Below the pieces are notes generated by a model. The model had not been told where the DNA came from. It worked only from the letters and a program-made list of their open reading frames with translations, and ran no database searches. Position numbers and translations under genes: made by a program. A stretch of 64,000 bases of DNA, from assembly GCA_030390025.1 (NCBI GenBank), contig CM059432.1, positions 30,196,001 through 30,260,000 on the forward strand, given 5' to 3'. The stretch is from Squalus acanthias (Eukaryota). Positions 51,043-63,065 of this stretch are shown piece after piece; the stretch's first letter is position 1; the number at the start of each line of letters is the position of its first letter.

Positions 51043-51261
51043 TATAAAAACAGAACATGCTGGAAACACTCAGCAGGTCAGGCAGCACCTGTGGAGAGAG
51101 AAACAGAGTTAACTTTTCAGGTCGTGTTCTGACGAAAGGTCATCGACCTGAAATGTTAACTCTGTTTCTCTCTCCACATATGCTGCCTGACCTGCTGAGT
51201 ATTTCCAGCATGTTCTGTTTTTTTATACCAGATTTCCAGCATCCGCTGTATTTTGCTTCAG
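51043..51261 (+). mobile_element. Fold-back Penelope-derived element, family A, with complete hammerhead core
   Basis: GTT-CTGACGA-A-AGGTC-ATC-GACCT-GAAA-TGTT-AAC at ~51126-51160; inverted arms; TSD TAAATCTG (51035-51042 / 51262-51269). Confidence 0.85.
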
Positions 51262-52346
51262 TAAATCTGGTAATTTGTTTGCTGGTTGACAAATACAGAA
51301 CAGGGGACTCTGCCACCACCTCTACTCAGTATGGCCCCTGATTTTGCCGATGATGAGGAAGATCTGTACAGACCGTGCAGAAATAGAGTACATAGGCTGA
51401 GAGCTCAGCCTGCCTGGACTGACCAATGCTGCCAGTGGTGTCTGGTTACAGGGACTGGATCCGCTCGGGCCCTTGACTGTCTCATGGCCCCATGCAATTA
51501 ACAACATAAGAACATAAGAAATAAGAGCAGGAGTAGGCCATACGGCCCCTTGAGCCTGCTCCGCCATTCAATAAGATCATGGCTGATCATCGACCTCAAC
51601 GCCACTTTCCCGCTCGATCTCCATATCCCTTGATTCCACTAGAGTTCAAAACTCTATCTATCTCAGCCTTGAATATACTCAAAGACTCAGCATTCACAGC
51701 CCTCTGGGGCAGAGAATTCCAAAGATTCACAACCCTCTGAGTGAAGAAATTCCTCCTCATCTCAGTCTTAAATGGCCTACCTCTTATCCTGAGACTATGC
51801 CCCCTAGTTTTAGACACTCCAGCCAGGGGAAACAACCTCTCAGCATCTACCCTGCCAATCCCCTTCAGAATCTTGTATGTTTCAATGAGAACACCTCTCA
51901 TTCTTCTAAACTCCAGAGAGTATAGGCCCATTCTACACAATCTCTCATCATAGGACAGCTCTCTCATCCCAGGAATCAATCTAGTGAACCTTCGTTGCAC
52001 CGCCTCCAAGGCAAGTATATCCTTCCTGAGATAAGGAGACCAAAACTGTGCACAGTACTCCAGGTGTAGTCTCACCAAGGCCCTGTACAATTGTAGCAAG
52101 ACTTCCTTACTCTTATACTCCAACACCCTTGCAATAAAGGCCAACATGCCATTTACCTTCCTTATTGCTTGCTGTACCTGCATGCTAGCTTTCTGTGTTT
52201 CTTGCACGAGGACACCCAAATCTCTCTGAACACCAACATTTAAAAGTTTCTCACCATTTAAAAAATATTCTGTTTTTCTATTCTTCCTACCAAAGTGAAT
52301 AACCTCACATTTCCCTACATTATACTCGATCTGCCACCTTACTGCC

Positions 52347-52541
52347 TGTGGTAACACAATACAGCTTCCTGTGACTCGAACTTTATTGCATCACTTCCTG
52401 TGATTAGTCCAGGATAAATACTGGACTGATCAGTTGGATCCTGGAGAGGCATAGAGTAAGACCTCTTTTGTATGTAGCACCTTTTTTAGTTGATTAAAGC
52501 TTACTTTAAGTTCACCACGCGTAAGGCTCATTCTTACGACA
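52347..52541 (+). mobile_element. Solo LTR (195 bp)
   Basis: TGTGGTAA...TTACGACA termini, 5-bp TSD CTGCC, TATA-like GATAAATA, ATTAAA signal. Confidence 0.85.
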
Positions 52542-52585
52542 CTGCCCACTCACTTAGTCTATCTATATTCCTTTGCAGACTCTGT

Positions 52586-53409
52586 GGGCTGGATTTTCTC
52601 ACTGGGGCACATTGGGGGCGGGACTGCTGGTTATCGGGTTTCAGTTCCGCCCCCAATGACATCCGGCCAACCCATGCTATTTTCCCTTGATTGACCTTGT
52701 TAAGCCCGCCCTGCGGGCTTAGCCGGCCAATTAATGGAAAGCTGGTGACAGAAGATGTCAGCGTATGACATTTCATCTGTCAAAATTTTTTGACAGATGA
52801 ATTGTCAACGTTTGACAGCTTAGAGAAGCTGTCAAACACTGACAATCTCTGTTTTATGGTGAGCCCTTACTGAAAACTCACCAAAACCTATTTCCTGAGC
52901 AGAAATCAGATGGTTGCTGCATCGGAGAATGCAGCAGCCATTCTGTCATCTCTGCCGTCGAGATGAGGCACCTCCGGATCCCCAAGGGTTGAAGCCTGCA
53001 AAAGAAGCAAAGGTAAGTAAGCTTTTTCTAACATTTTACACTCACCTCCCATATTTACCTCTCCACACTTGCACCCACACTTTTCGACCCCTCTGACCCC
53101 CGCAGACCCACTGCTCGCCTCGCTGACCCTGGCGAGGTTCGCAGCCATCGGGAAGCCCGCACTTGTGTGGGTAAAATGGGGATAAGCCTCTTAACTGCCT
53201 GATAACTACCTGTTAACAGGCAGTTACATGGCTGTAATCCCCTTCCCGCCTCGAGGAGACTGGTCCCTGCACGAGTCGGGGACCCGCCTCCTGGGAAGAT
53301 GGCATGGAGGTGGGTTGGGAGCGGGGTTGGTACCCGCTCCCAGTTTCTGCCATTTTCCCGGCAGTCCTGCCTCCATACCCACCTGCCCAGGGCTGGAAAA
53401 ATTCCCCCC
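52586..53409. mobile_element. Harbinger-type MITE
   Basis: GGGCTGGATTTT / AAAATTCCCCCC termini; interrupts CR1 RT. Confidence 0.7.
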
Positions 53410-54024
53410 TTTGGGTTCGCCTCACAGCTTACTGTCCCACCTAGCTTTGTACCATCAGCAAACTTGGATACATTACACTCAGTCCCTTCATCTAGGTCAT
53501 TAATATAGATTGTAAATAGCTGAGGCCCCAACACTGATACTTGTGGCACCCCACTAGTTACAGCCTGCCAACCTGAAAAAGATCCGTTTATCCCTAATCT
53601 CTGTTTTCTGTCTGTTATCCAATCCTCTATCCATGCTATTATATTACCCCCAACCCCATGAGCCCTCATCTTGTGTGGCACCTTATCGAATGCCTTTTGG
53701 AAATCCAAATATACTACATCCACTGGTTCCCCTTTATCTACCCTGCTAGTTACATCCTCAAAAAACTCTAATAAATTTGTCAAACATGATTTCCCTTTCA
53801 TAAAACCATGTTGACTCTGCCTAATCACGTTATGATTTTCTAAGTGATACCACTTCCTTAACAATGGATTCCAGCATTTTCCCGACAGGTCGCATGGGTC
53901 GCACTGTCCTAATGCCGCCTTTGACTGCTGCAGTTCAAGAAGGCAAACTGCCACGTTCTCATCGCTACTAGGTGTGGGAAATAAATATCATCTTGTCAAC
54001 ATTGCTCAATCCTGTGAAAAAATT

Positions 54025-54325
54025 AGACTCTTGCCTCAGGGTCAGAAGGCTGTGGGTTCCCACCCAGAGCTTTAGCACACGAGTCCGAACACTCTAGTGT
54101 AGTATTGAAACTATGCAGCAGTGTTATCTTTTAATGGTGATGTTAAACCAAGGTTCTGCCTGCTTGTTCCAGTGATTAATATGGAAATTAAAGATCCAAT
54201 GCCAATTTTTATGCAAGCCTTTGCCTATACAACAGTGACAACACTTCCAAAATAATTCATTTGCTGCGAAGAGCCTTGAGACGTCATGAGGATATGAAAG
54301 GTGCTATATAAATGCAATTTGTTTC
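54025..54325 (+). mobile_element. Degraded Deu-domain SINE
   Basis: GTCAGAAGGCTGTGGGTTC head, decayed Deu domain, GGTGCTATATAAATGCAA tail. Confidence 0.55.
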
Positions 54326-54374
54326 TTACAGTCTTTCAAGGAAAAGGAGGGGCTATCACTACCAAAAACAAATT

Positions 54375-55118
54375 GGCCCAAAAATTAGTGAGTGAGCCTT
54401 CGTGCGAGGGTAAGGCCTTCCCGCGATCTCTCACTGCGCGCTGGCTTTTTCAGTCCGAGCTCGCACGAACTTGATGTTCTGGACAGCAGCTGTGCAGGGC
54501 TTCCGTATCCCACAGGCGTAGTTAATTCGTGCGAGCTGTGGGATCACGTGACTCAGTTAGAGCCAATGGCAGCACACCATCTTTCATTCATAGCTTTCAC
54601 AGCACGGCTGTGAAAGCTATGAATACTATACCCCCCCAAAAGAACAGGGAAACCTCAATTAAATTTTTTTTAAAAACCATCACATTAATAAAATAAGTAT
54701 AGTTAAATAAATTAACCATTTTAAACAAAAAATTAAATTTTTGAAAAATTTTAAAATCTTTTAAAAAGTTATAAAAATAAACTTACCTGTCTTTAAAGTC
54801 TCTAAAAAAGATATACCTGTTAAAAAAAATTCAAAATAATACTTAATTAAGTACTTACCTTGTTAAAAGAGGGTCTTACACCTCCTTTCTTTATGTCTAA
54901 AATCTTCCATGCTTACCTGCGCGTCCAAAGCACTAAGTGCACTGCGTGCGCGCAGCCTGTAGCGCGCACGCGGTTCACCTAGGAACCGCCCCCTTTTGAA
55001 TTCACCAAGTGCCGGTTTTCAGCGCATGCGCAGTGCATGCAGAAAACCGGCAATTGGAGACAGAATACGCGAGAGTACACAGTGCGTACTCTCGCGTAGC
55101 GGCACTAATTTTTGGGCC
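54375..55118. mobile_element. Harbinger MITE
   Basis: Perfect 16-bp TIR GGCCCAAAAATTAGTG; 3-bp TSD ATT. Confidence 0.88.
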
Positions 55119-55509
55119 ATTAACTGCTATTCATCATATAGCTATTTGAGGGATCTTGCTGTGCCTGAAGGGGCTGTTGTATTTGGCCACATTACAACAA
55201 TCACTGCACTTCAAAGTAATTCACTCCGAGTCACTTCTGAGAGATGTACTAAGGTGCTATGCTTTTATTTTTTATGTGTTCCAGGAAATGAAATAACATG
55301 TTACACTTCTAAAAAAAAATACTACTTGATCTATTGTAATCATCTCTGTTGTCTCAGTAGATGCTGAACAACACAGTCCAGGAAAAATGCAGTTTAAAAT
55401 CCTGGATTGCTCTAAGGTCTGTGATGAGTTAGCTGATCTGAGTTGCTGAATTAGCTGATCTCAAGTGTTACAATCGGCCACAACATCTCTGGGCTAATAA
55501 GGAGAGATA

Positions 55510-57285
55510 GTCAACACTGGGATAGGAGAAGGACTGTAACAAATTACAAGAAGACATTAATAAACTTGCAGAATGGGCATATAAGGCAAATTAATTTCAA
55601 CATAGATAAGTGAGGTATTACATTTTGGTAAGAAAAATAAGGAGGTCACATATTACTTGAAACATAACAATCTAAATGGGGTAGAGGAGCAAAGGGATCT
55701 GGGAATACAAATACACAAATCACTAAAAGTTGCAATGCAGGTCAGTAAGGCCATAACAAAAGCAAACAAGCACTAGGGTTAATTTCTAGAGGGATAGAAT
55801 TGAAAAGTAGAGAAGTTAAGATAAACTTGTATCGAACCATGGTTAGAAGACACTTGGAGTACTGTGTACAGTTCTGGTCGCCATATTATAAAAAGGATAT
55901 TAGAGGCACTGGAAAGGGTGCAAAAAATATTTACAAGGTTGATACCAGAAATGCGAGGGTATACCTATCAGGAAAGGATGAACAACCTGTGTCTCTTTTC
56001 TCTTGAAAAGAGAAGGCTGAGGGCTGACCTAATAGAGGTCTTTAAAATTATGAAATATTTTGATAGAGTAGACACAGAGGCCGCGATTTTGCCAGTGCTC
56101 AGAGGGCGGGTTTGGAGGCGGGTCAAAGGGTAAAATCGTTTTGATTGACGGCGGGTTGCAATCCCGCCATCAACCCGCCTCCAAACAATTTTCCCAAGTG
56201 TCGGGTCCCCGATTTGCGCATGGACCCGACACTTAGCGGCGGGAAGAGGATTAAAGGCAATTACCTGCCGATTAACAGGTAGTTGCTAGTAGTTGACAGT
56301 CTATTTTTGAATTTTGCCGCTTCTGCCTCGGGTTTCCCGATGTCCGGACACCACTCCAGGTAAGTGTGGCGTGTTGTGAGTCTGCTGTAATATTTCTGGA
56401 TTGATGACAGCTGCAGAAGTGGTGTGAATGGTCCAATGTTGCACTGGTGAGTCTCAGAGGTAAGAACATGTTGGGAAATGCATTTTTAATACCTTTACAT
56501 ATTTCTTTAGGTTACAAGTTTTGAAATCCATGTCCAGTGCCACCTCATTGGGAGAACCTCTCTCACCAGTGACAGATCGCTTCTGTCACTTCACCTGCAG
56601 CTGCCATCTATTCCAGCCTATGGAGGGAGTCATTGGAGAACCTGGGTGCAAGAGGTGACCTTTGTGCAGTGATTGTCAGTGTTTGCAGCACCTCAATGCT
56701 GTCAAACACTGAGAAATCAACTGTCAAAAAAAAATTGTGTGTGGTCCCTTTAAGAAAACCGGCAGATGACTCATCATCAAATGAAGTAATCTAACCGGAC
56801 TCCTTTTAATTGACTGGCAAGCCCGCAGGGCGGGCTTAACAAGGTAAATCAACGTAAAACCACGTCTGTGGGCTGGATGCAGCTGGGGGCGGGACTGGAG
56901 GCCGGAAACCACCTGACCCGCACCTAACCCACCTCCATTGATAAAATTGCGGCCAGAGAGTGCGTTTCCACTTGTGGGGAAGAGCAAAACTAGAGGCCAT
57001 CAATATAAGATCGTCACCAAGAAATCAAATAGTGAATTCAGAAGAAACTTCTTTACCCAGAGAGTGGTGAGAATGTGGAACTCGCTACCACAGGGAGTAG
57101 TTGAGGCGAATAGCATAGATGCATTTAAGGGGAAGTTAGACAAGCCTATGAGGGAGAAGGGACTCTCTTAGATGAGGAAGGATGGGAGGAGGCTCGAGTG
57201 GAGCATAAACGGCAGCATGGACTGGTTGGCTCGAATGGTCTGTTTCTGTGCTGTATATTCTATTTAAGTTTATGTACTTCTATAT
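55510..57285 (+). mobile_element. CR1 3' fragment interrupted by a Harbinger MITE
   Basis: [14 protein letters not shown] and RNFFTQRVVRMWNSLP motifs; 3' UTR. Confidence 0.85.
56079..56954. mobile_element. Harbinger MITE
   Basis: TIR GGCCGCGATTTT / AAAATTGCGGCC; TSD AGA. Confidence 0.88.
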
Positions 57286-57675
57286 AAAAGTCAGCCAGGC
57301 TTCCCATTCCTGATTGCTATCCATTTGACTCCTGCTGGAAAGAATATTGTTGGATCAGATTTGGCTGTGATACCCTAGTCAAATAGCCTACTGCCACAAT
57401 CAAGGTTCCTGAACCGCTGCAATGTCGCTTGGATGAGATAACAGAGGGCAACCAGGAACCTGGAACTGCGCCACAGAAAAGGGGGCAGTGTCTTCAGGAG
57501 ATGAAGGGAGAGGAATAAATGGATGGTGAAAACCAGCTAAAAAACTTTTTTTTTTATAGAAAACCTATATTAGATACATCTTGTCACCTCATTTTTTAGG
57601 GTTGAGAATCTGCTTGCATCTAATTGCCTCTCTATGTCAAATCATCGCAAGCAAGAGGACAGGATACTTATGTGT

Positions 57676-57709
57676 TACTGACACCTAGTGGCAGAACATA
57701 GATACTGCA
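57676..57709 (-). promoter_or_regulatory. Extended CTCF-binding site (upstream module + core)
   Basis: Minus strand reads TGCAGTATC-tatgttc-TGCCACTAGGTGTCAGTA in non-repeat DNA. Confidence 0.6.
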
Positions 57710-57779
57710 ACAATTATTTTTATATTGGCAGCTTGTGCAGCTTGGGTACCTTTAATCTCTTTTGCAGGAACTAACTGTT

Positions 57780-58365
57780 TCTTTATTTCAAGAGGGCTGT
57801 AATACAAAGAGGAGGAAGTGATGCTTCAGTTGTATAGAGCCTTGATCAGACTCCAGCTGGAGTACTGCGTTCAGTTTGGCCAGTGCACCTCAGAAAGGAT
57901 ATATTGGCCTTGGTGAGGGTACAGCGCAGATTCACCAGAATGATACGGGGGCTTTAAGGGTTAAATTATGAATACAGGTTGCATAAACTTGGCTTGTATT
58001 CCCCTGAGTTTAGAAGATCATCTGATCAAGGTATTTGATAGGGTAAATACAGAGAAACGATTTCTTCTGGTGAGGGAATCCAGAACTAGGGGCCATAAAT
58101 TAGAGCTAGGCTATTTAGGCATGAAATCAGGAAGCACATTTTTACACAAAGGGTAGTGGAAATCTTGCTCTATTAAAGGGCTGTGGATGCTGGAACAATT
58201 GAAATTTTCAAGACTGAGATCAATAGATTTTTGTTAGGTTAGGGTATCAAGGGATACGGTGCAAAAGGAGGTAAATGGGGGTAAGGTACAAATCAGCCAT
58301 GATCTAATTGAATAATGGAACAGGCTTGAGGGGCTGAATGGCTTACTCTTGTTCCGATGTTTCTT
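57780..58365 (+). mobile_element. CR1 3' fragment
   Basis: LEYCVQF motif and CR1 3' UTR. Confidence 0.8.
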
Positions 58366-58374
58366 CCTAGGAAG

Positions 58375-59045
58375 TAAGAAACAGAGAAGATGTGAAAAAG
58401 AGAAAACATGAAAGAAGAAGTGAAAGATAAAGAGAAAAGGCATGACTCAGAGTGTGATGAGAAGAGATGTGACAAGGTGCGAGGACCCAAAAAGGAATGG
58501 CAAAAAAGAGATGGAGAGATAAAATAGGTGAAAGAGTGAGAGAGCCAGTTGGTGGGAGATGAGGTGAGAGGGGATATGAGAAATGGAGATGAGGTGAGAG
58601 GTAACAAGTACAAGTGAGAAAGCGTAATGATTAGGGGTTTAGTCAAGGGAAAGAGGGAAATATTCATGCGGACATTGAGATGAGATCGTATATTAGTGAA
58701 TGAAAAGGTGAGAGTGTGGGAAGTGAACAGAAAAGAGGGGCAACTGAGAGCACAGAGACAAGTGTAACAATAAATAGAGCTCAAATGGAGTGACAGTGAA
58801 GAGCTAAGAAAAGAACGATATGAGACTGAGAGGAATTGTGAGCAAAAGAAAGAAAAGAGAAATAGAGAAAGTGTAGATAGAAGAGGCGAGAGACAGAGAA
58901 GTGAGAGAGATAGACTAGGATGAAAATTGAAGAGATAAGTGAAAGAGAGACCAGGTGAAAAAGGTGGGGGACAAGGTACATGGGATGCATTGAGAAAGAG
59001 AGACAGGAGGTGAGGGAGGAGAGATGAGAGAGAGAGAGAGATGTG
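58375..59045. repeat. Degenerate GA-rich polypurine low-complexity tract
   Basis: Strong A/G strand bias ending in (GA)n. Confidence 0.8.
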
Positions 59046-59661
59046 GCCAGATGTAGAATGCATTCTCTATGCTGAGCATAGAGAAGTATTTTTTAATGCA
59101 ATTGCTAAATTTGTCCAGGAGATGGAGTACACTCCACTTGTCAGGCCTTCTGATTTCCTGTCGGGTAGCTCCAAGATATTGTAATAGGCCAGATTTTGCT
59201 CTCAAAATAATGGTGAGGCTAATGGTATTCAGCGTTATTTATGTGCAAAGGGTACACCATGGGAGGGGGGTGCCGATGCGCGATTAAGCGTGAATGTCCA
59301 AAAGTTAGTGTTCGAGTTGCGCCACTCTACCATGAGTTTAGCGAAAACAGAATCCAGCAGTCTGCCTCACCATTGACATGCATTGAATGTCGTGAAGTTG
59401 CTGTATTTGCACGGTAGATACAAACTAAACTCGCCATAGAAAATGAAATCTTTTAGCGATGTGGAAAGTGATAATTACTACCAATCGACTTCTTTGCTAT
59501 TGAAAATTAACTATTACAAGTGTGGAGTCTCATTCCTTCAGGTATTAATTGTTGGTGGAGATTTAAAAAATGTCAAATTTAAAATTGAAACTTTTTTTTT
59601 CCTTTTCCTTTCTGTCTCTTTTTTCTCTTTCTCTTAATCCAATCGTTCTTCCCCTCTCTTT

Positions 59662-61257
59662 GGGCTGGATTTTCCCTGCGGAGGCGGGATGGCGGCGGGA
59701 GAGCTGGTTGGCGGGTTCCGGTCTCTAAAAATGATTTTCCGTAGATTGGCCTTGTTAAGCCCGCCCTGCGGGGTTCCTGGCCAATTAACAGGAAGCGGGT
59801 CTGATGATGTCATTTGATGACGCGTCATCAGCCGGTTTCCTTAAAGGGACCACGGCTACATTGATTTTGACAGTTGTGCTGTCAGTGTTCTGCATATGTA
59901 GTGGGGCCAACCTTTCAATGATCTCAGTAGATCACGAAACGTTACTGCAAAGCCACACTCAAACTCACTCTGCTGTGCCACTCATCACATCCCCATCACT
60001 CTGCCTTCCATACCCTACTCCTGCACATCCTTACTCACACCAACTTACTTTGCACCTCCACCCATCCCTCTCTATGTACATTATCAATTCCCCATCTCAA
60101 TAACCACCCCTCACACTCACCCTCATACTACTGCAAGCATACCAACTAACAACACACAAGGGTAGGCACTTGAGATGTTTAGCCAATGTTCATGTGAAGA
60201 TTCTGTTAATGTGTTGTCATACATTGAAATCTATGTTTTCAACACTTCACAGATCTGTGCGCACCTTGAGAAGCGTCTTAGTGCGTTCCAGTGAACGTTG
60301 AGACATAACTTCCCCTGTCCCCCCGCCCCCGCTATTGTGATGAGTGTTAAAGGAATGGCTTGGACATTATAGGGATGCTTTATGGTGCTGGTGTGGGATG
60401 GTGTCAACCTGGCGCATCATGTGGCAGCCAGGGTGTCCAGCGTCAAGTGAAGTAAATCTGGCCATGGTGATGCCATCGCTGGCCTCCCGGGCAGCAATGT
60501 TGTCAGGTGCTGATGCCCTGTGTCCTGTGCAGCATCAGGTGATGGCGGAGAAGGTTGGTGTTGTTATTGGCATTGTTGTTGCCATTGTTGTTGGCGATGT
60601 TGTTGGTGATGTTGGTGGTGATTTGGTGGTGATGTTGGTGGGCCTGGTGATGTTGGTGTTGGGGCTGATCATGGAAGGATTCAGAGGACCAAGGTGTGAC
60701 TTTTTCAAGGGCATTGATGCTGCTGGAATAGATGGCAGCTGCAGTTAAGATGACAGAAGCGATCTGTCAGTGGTGAGAGAGATTGTTCCAATGAGGTGCC
60801 ACTGGATATAGAGTTGGCTCTAAACACTTGCAAGCTAAATAAATCTCTATATGTATTACAAATGCAGTAACCAACAGTTTCTGAGCTCTGAAACTGAACA
60901 GCTGCAACATGGCATCCTTTACACCACTTCTGCAGCTGTCAGGTTATCAGATAAATCAAAGCAGACTCAACTCACGACAGGGTGAGCTGGCGTGTTCCCC
61001 GAGCAGCGGGTAACCCGTGGGGGAGCACGTAAAATTACAAGGTAGCCTCAAAATAGCATTAAATTGGCCATTTAATGATCTAAATTGTATCCCCCGCTGC
61101 TTGGTGTCGTGTCAGTTCTGCGCAGACAGACCTGACACCTGGGAGACTCATGTGGAGGCGGGTTGACAGCGAGTTTCCTACCCACTGTCAATCTTTGCTA
61201 TTTTGACAGCGGAGACGCCTCCAAACCCACATTCTGAGCGCCAGCAAAATTCAACCC
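59662..61257. mobile_element. Nested Harbinger non-autonomous element
   Basis: GGGCTGGATTTT / AAAATTCAACCC termini; TSD TTT. Confidence 0.8.
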
Positions 61258-61426
61258 TTTATTTCTCTTTCTGTACCTCTTTCTGTACCTGATTTGAAAT
61301 TGAATTCACCCACTCTAACGTACACTTCCTTCTCAGTCCTTGTGCTCTTTATTTCACAAACCTTCAATCTGATTGGTTAAGGAGATACACAGTTGGTTGC
61401 CCTGTTCACACAGGTCCCAGATGCGT

Positions 61427-62293
61427 GGCCGCGATTTTGTCAATGGATGCGGGTTGGGAGTGGGTCAGGTGGTTTCCAGCTTCCAGTCCTGCCCCCAACT
61501 GCATCCGGCCCACGGATGTGATTTTATGTTAACTGACCTTGTTAAGCCCGCCCTGCGGGCTTGCTGGCCAATTAAGAGGATGCTGGTCAGATGACGTCAT
61601 TTGATGATGCGTTATCTGCCGGTTTTCTTAAAGGGACTACGCACAATTTTTTTTTGACAGCTCATTTCTTAGTGCTTGACAGTATTGAGGTGCTGCAAAC
61701 ACTGACAATCACTGTGAGCTCTTGCACCCAGGCTCTCCAGTGATCCCCTCCATAGGCTGGAACAGATGGCAGCTGCAGGTGAGGTGACAGGAGCGATCTG
61801 TCACTGGTGAGAGAGGTTCTCCCAATGAGGTGGTACTAGACATCGTTTTCAAAACTTGTTACCTACAGAAAAGTGTAAATGCATTAAAATGATTTTCCCA
61901 ACATTTTCTTACCTCTGAGACTCACCAGTGTACCAGTGGACCCTTCACACCACTTCTGCAGCTGTCATCAATGCTGTAACATTACAGCAGACTCACAACA
62001 CGCCACACTTACCTGGCGTGGTGTCCGGATGTCGGGAAGCCCGAGGCAGAAGCGGCAAAATTAAAAAATAGCCTGTTAGCTACTCTCAACTACCTGTTAA
62101 CAGGCAGGTAAGTGGCTTTAATCCTCTTCCCACTGCTAGGTGTTGGGTCCATGCGCAAATCGGGGACCCGAGACTTGGGAAAATTGTTTGGAGGCGGGCA
62201 TCGGGCGGGATCGGACCCCGCCGTCAATCAAAACAATTTTAACCTTTGACCCGCCTCCAAACCTGCCTTCTCAGTGCCGATACAATCGCGGCC
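61427..62293. mobile_element. Nested Harbinger MITE, inverted copy of the 56079-56954 family
   Basis: GGCCGCGATT / AATCGCGGCC termini; collinear reverse-complement similarity; TSD not preserved. Confidence 0.8.
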
Positions 62294-63065
62294 ACAGTTT
62301 CCCTCACTGCGGCATCATCAGCTCACACTATCAGCAACTTGCTACACAAAAATTTAAAAACCTAAACATGCAAGGGCAAGTCTAACTAATGGCAGATGCC
62401 GTTAGATGCCCTGCTACAGCAAAATCTGGGCCATTATGTCAGACGCAATTGGGGAAATCCTAAGCCTTTTAGGGTAAATTTTGATATATACAGAGAAGTT
62501 CACCAAGAAATATCTGTTCTTATTATCCTTTTTGTACTGAATCAAGGCATATGGAATGCATTAAAGTTGAATTACAGCTAAAAGTTCAGCCTTTCACATG
62601 TGATTTTGTGTTATGCAGCAGGCCTGTTTGTTATTCATTTGAAGAGTCTCCTGTTGGGATACAGAAATTATTTTACTGTAAGCATTATGTTGGGTCCAAA
62701 AATGCTGAAGTAATGTTAAATTGTAACATGTCAGACTGTAATTTAAATTAATCTACTGCTGATATTCTGTAAAGTGCAGCAGTATACCATTATTCGCTTA
62801 TTCACTCCAATTTCTTACAGTACATTTTGTTATAAACTAGTGCATGTTGCGTGCATGTTCCCAAGTGGAATCTTATTTTGGTCAAAGGGCCACAAATTGG
62901 GCAGTTGGAGGGCAACTGTTGGTGAGAGGACATGAGATAGAGGGACACTGAGGCAAAGGGAATAACGGGGTGTCCAGAAGCAAAGGACTGGCCTTAGCAG
63001 TGAGATCTGATTATATTTCAGATTGGAGCTTTGCAGTGACCCAGTGACAAAGACCGAGTACTATG

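Larger units (their letters stand above)
51500..53890 (-). mobile_element. 5'-truncated CR1 interrupted by a solo LTR and a Harbinger MITE
   Basis: RT motifs in ORFs 51596-52357 and 53055-53954; AACATAAG tail repeats. Confidence 0.92.
59186..62432. mobile_element. Outer Harbinger MITE hosting two younger Harbinger insertions
   Basis: TIR AGGCCAGATTTTGCT / AGCAAAATCTGGGCC; flanks AAT/ATT. Confidence 0.7.

Noticed and set aside
51310..51500. Possible second Harbinger transposase N-terminal remnant (NRVHRLR..QC)
   Set aside because: Too short and degenerate to support by eye.
53055..53954. 299-aa ORF, the longest in the track
   Set aside because: Chance read-through from a CR1 RT fragment into an inserted Harbinger MITE.
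58293..59063. 256-aa L/S/F-rich ORF
   Set aside because: By-product of the CT-rich low-complexity strand; no domain or splice support.
60344..60748. ORF with a transmembrane-like V/G stretch
   Set aside because: Translation of a degenerate GTT/GGT/GAT triplet repeat inside a transposon.
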